32,000 bases of DNA, from positions 1,350,001 through 1,382,000 of the forward strand of contig NC_000962.3 of NCBI RefSeq assembly GCF_000195955.2, given 5' to 3'. How positions within the stretch are numbered: the stretch's first letter is position 1; each line of letters opens with the position of its first letter. This document shows, in pieces, positions 30,684 through 32,000 of the stretch. The position numbers and the translations under genes are program-made. The DNA is from Mycobacterium tuberculosis H37Rv. GTDB lineage: Bacteria > Actinomycetota > Actinomycetes > Mycobacteriales > Mycobacteriaceae. The notes under the pieces were generated by a model. The model did no database searches and was not told where the DNA came from. It saw only the letters and a list, made by a program, of their open reading frames with translations.

Positions 30684-31865
30684 ATGGCCGAGATTGTGTT
30701 GGACCACGTCAACAAGAGTTACCCCGACGGTCACACAGCGGTGCGCGACCTCAACCTCACCATCGCCGACGGCGAATTTCTGATCCTGGTAGGGCCTTCC
30801 GGTTGTGGCAAGACCACGACGCTGAATATGATTGCTGGGCTTGAAGATATCTCGTCGGGAGAACTGCGCATCGCCGGTGAGCGGGTAAACGAGAAGGCGC
30901 CAAAGGACCGTGACATCGCGATGGTGTTCCAGTCGTACGCGCTTTACCCGCATATGACGGTGCGCCAGAACATCGCGTTCCCGCTGACCCTGGCGAAGAT
31001 GAGAAAGGCCGACATCGCGCAGAAGGTCTCCGAGACTGCAAAAATCCTTGACCTGACCAACCTTCTGGATCGCAAGCCCTCACAATTGTCGGGTGGTCAG
31101 CGACAGCGGGTCGCGATGGGCAGGGCAATCGTGCGCCATCCCAAAGCATTCCTGATGGACGAGCCGCTGTCGAACTTGGACGCGAAGTTGCGGGTCCAGA
31201 TGCGCGGCGAGATTGCCCAGCTGCAGCGGAGGCTGGGTACCACCACCGTCTACGTCACCCACGACCAGACCGAGGCAATGACGCTGGGCGATCGCGTGGT
31301 AGTGATGTACGGGGGCATCGCACAGCAGATCGGCACCCCTGAGGAGCTTTACGAACGGCCCGCCAATCTGTTTGTCGCGGGCTTTATCGGCTCGCCGGCC
31401 ATGAATTTCTTCCCTGCCAGGCTGACCGCGATCGGACTGACCCTGCCGTTCGGTGAGGTGACGCTGGCCCCCGAAGTCCAGGGGGTGATCGCAGCGCACC
31501 CGAAACCGGAAAACGTCATCGTAGGCGTGCGGCCGGAGCATATCCAGGACGCAGCATTGATCGACGCGTATCAACGCATCAGGGCGCTGACCTTCCAGGT
31601 GAAGGTCAACTTGGTCGAGTCTTTAGGCGCCGACAAATATCTGTATTTCACTACCGAGAGCCCGGCTGTGCACTCGGTTCAGTTGGACGAGTTGGCGGAG
31701 GTAGAGGGGGAGTCGGCGTTACACGAAAATCAGTTCGTGGCAAGGGTTCCCGCCGAGTCCAAGGTAGCCATCGGGCAGTCGGTCGAGTTGGCTTTCGATA
31801 CCGCCAGACTTGCCGTCTTCGACGCCGACTCCGGTGCGAACCTGACCATTCCGCACCGCGCCTAA
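30684..31865 (+). CDS. sugC: ABC sugar importer ATPase (MalK-like)
   Basis: 393 aa with Walker A (GPSGCGKTT), signature (LSGGQRQRV) and Walker B ([11 protein letters not shown]). It has a C-terminal MalK-type regulatory domain. Confidence 0.95.
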   Translation: MAEIVLDHVNKSYPDGHTAVRDLNLTIADGEFLILVGPSGCGKTTTLNMIAGLEDISSGELRIAGERVNEKAPKDRDIAMVFQSYALYPHMTVRQNIAFPLTLAKMRKADIAQKVSETAKILDLTNLLDRKPSQLSGGQRQRVAMGRAIVRHPKAFLMDEPLSNLDAKLRVQMRGEIAQLQRRLGTTTVYVTHDQTEAMTLGDRVVVMYGGIAQQIGTPEELYERPANLFVAGFIGSPAMNFFPARLTAIGLTLPFGEVTLAPEVQGVIAAHPKPENVIVGVRPEHIQDAALIDAYQRIRALTFQVKVNLVESLGADKYLYFTTESPAVHSVQLDELAEVEGESALHENQFVARVPAESKVAIGQSVELAFDTARLAVFDADSGANLTIPHRA

Positions 31866-31872
31866 TGGCGGC

Positions 31873-31929
31873 GAGCGGACACATAAGCCCCCGCCACGCC
31901 GAAGGATTTGGAGCTTTTTGCGTCTGTTC
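31873..31929. terminator. Terminator-like hairpin family, copy 4 (degenerate left arm)
   Basis: The right arm GCTTTTTGCGTCTGTTC matches the family. The left arm GAGCGGACACATAAGC is a diverged complement. It lies between convergent sugC (stop 31865) and corA (stop 31942). Confidence 0.4.
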
Positions 31930-31941
31930 GCCGACGCGAAG

Positions 31942-32000
31942 CTAGAGCCAGTTTCTGTTGCGGAAGACGTGGTAGAGGAACAGACAGATAAGGACCATCC
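31942..32000 (-). CDS. corA: CorA-family Mg2+/Co2+ transporter, C-terminal 18 codons only (truncated by the window edge)
   Basis: The minus strand reads MVLICLFLYHVFRNRNWL then stop (TAG, 31942-31944). This looks like the last TM helix and basic tail typical of CorA. The assignment also relies on my recollection of the synteny after sugC. Confidence 0.6.
   Translation of the reverse strand, partial: MVLICLFLYHVFRNRNWL

Overview
This 32-kb window is high-GC (about 65%) actinobacterial chromosome. From the translations and gene order I recognise it as the Mycobacterium tuberculosis complex interval fadD6 (Rv1206) to corA (Rv1239c). Locus names come from memory, since no database search was possible.

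I can support 35 coding features:
- Alpha-glucan, MGLP and trehalose carbohydrate genes: gpgS, glgA/glgM, glgC and lpqY-sugABC.
- The envelope-stress module sigE-rseA-htrA-tatB.
- The RaaS-controlled ABC exporter operon Rv1219c-Rv1216c.
- A PE gene (PE14).
- Several conserved membrane proteins of unknown function.

I saw no rRNA, tRNA, CRISPR array, IS element or prophage.

Observations most worth a second look:
1. An unannotated 52-codon ORF (21544-21702) looks like the N-terminal domain of a Phd/YefM-type antitoxin with no toxin partner.
2. PE14 looks like the stump of a decayed PE_PGRS gene. A canonical ATG-MSYLV start lies out of frame upstream, and Gly-rich PGRS-like coding remnants lie out of frame downstream.
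3. A family of four long palindromes with the core GAGCAGACGCAAAAT...ATTTTGCGTCTGCTC sits at 3' gene ends. They look like bidirectional intrinsic terminators.
4. A 27-bp tandem repeat makes up the annotated N-terminus of folP2.
5. An ECF-type promoter lies inside the annotated sigE ORF.
6. A cytosolic MgtE-N/CBS protein that lacks the MgtE membrane domain is translationally coupled to a DUF1003 membrane protein.

Many long ORFs in the six-frame track are antisense or out-of-frame shadows typical of high-GC DNA, and I rejected them.
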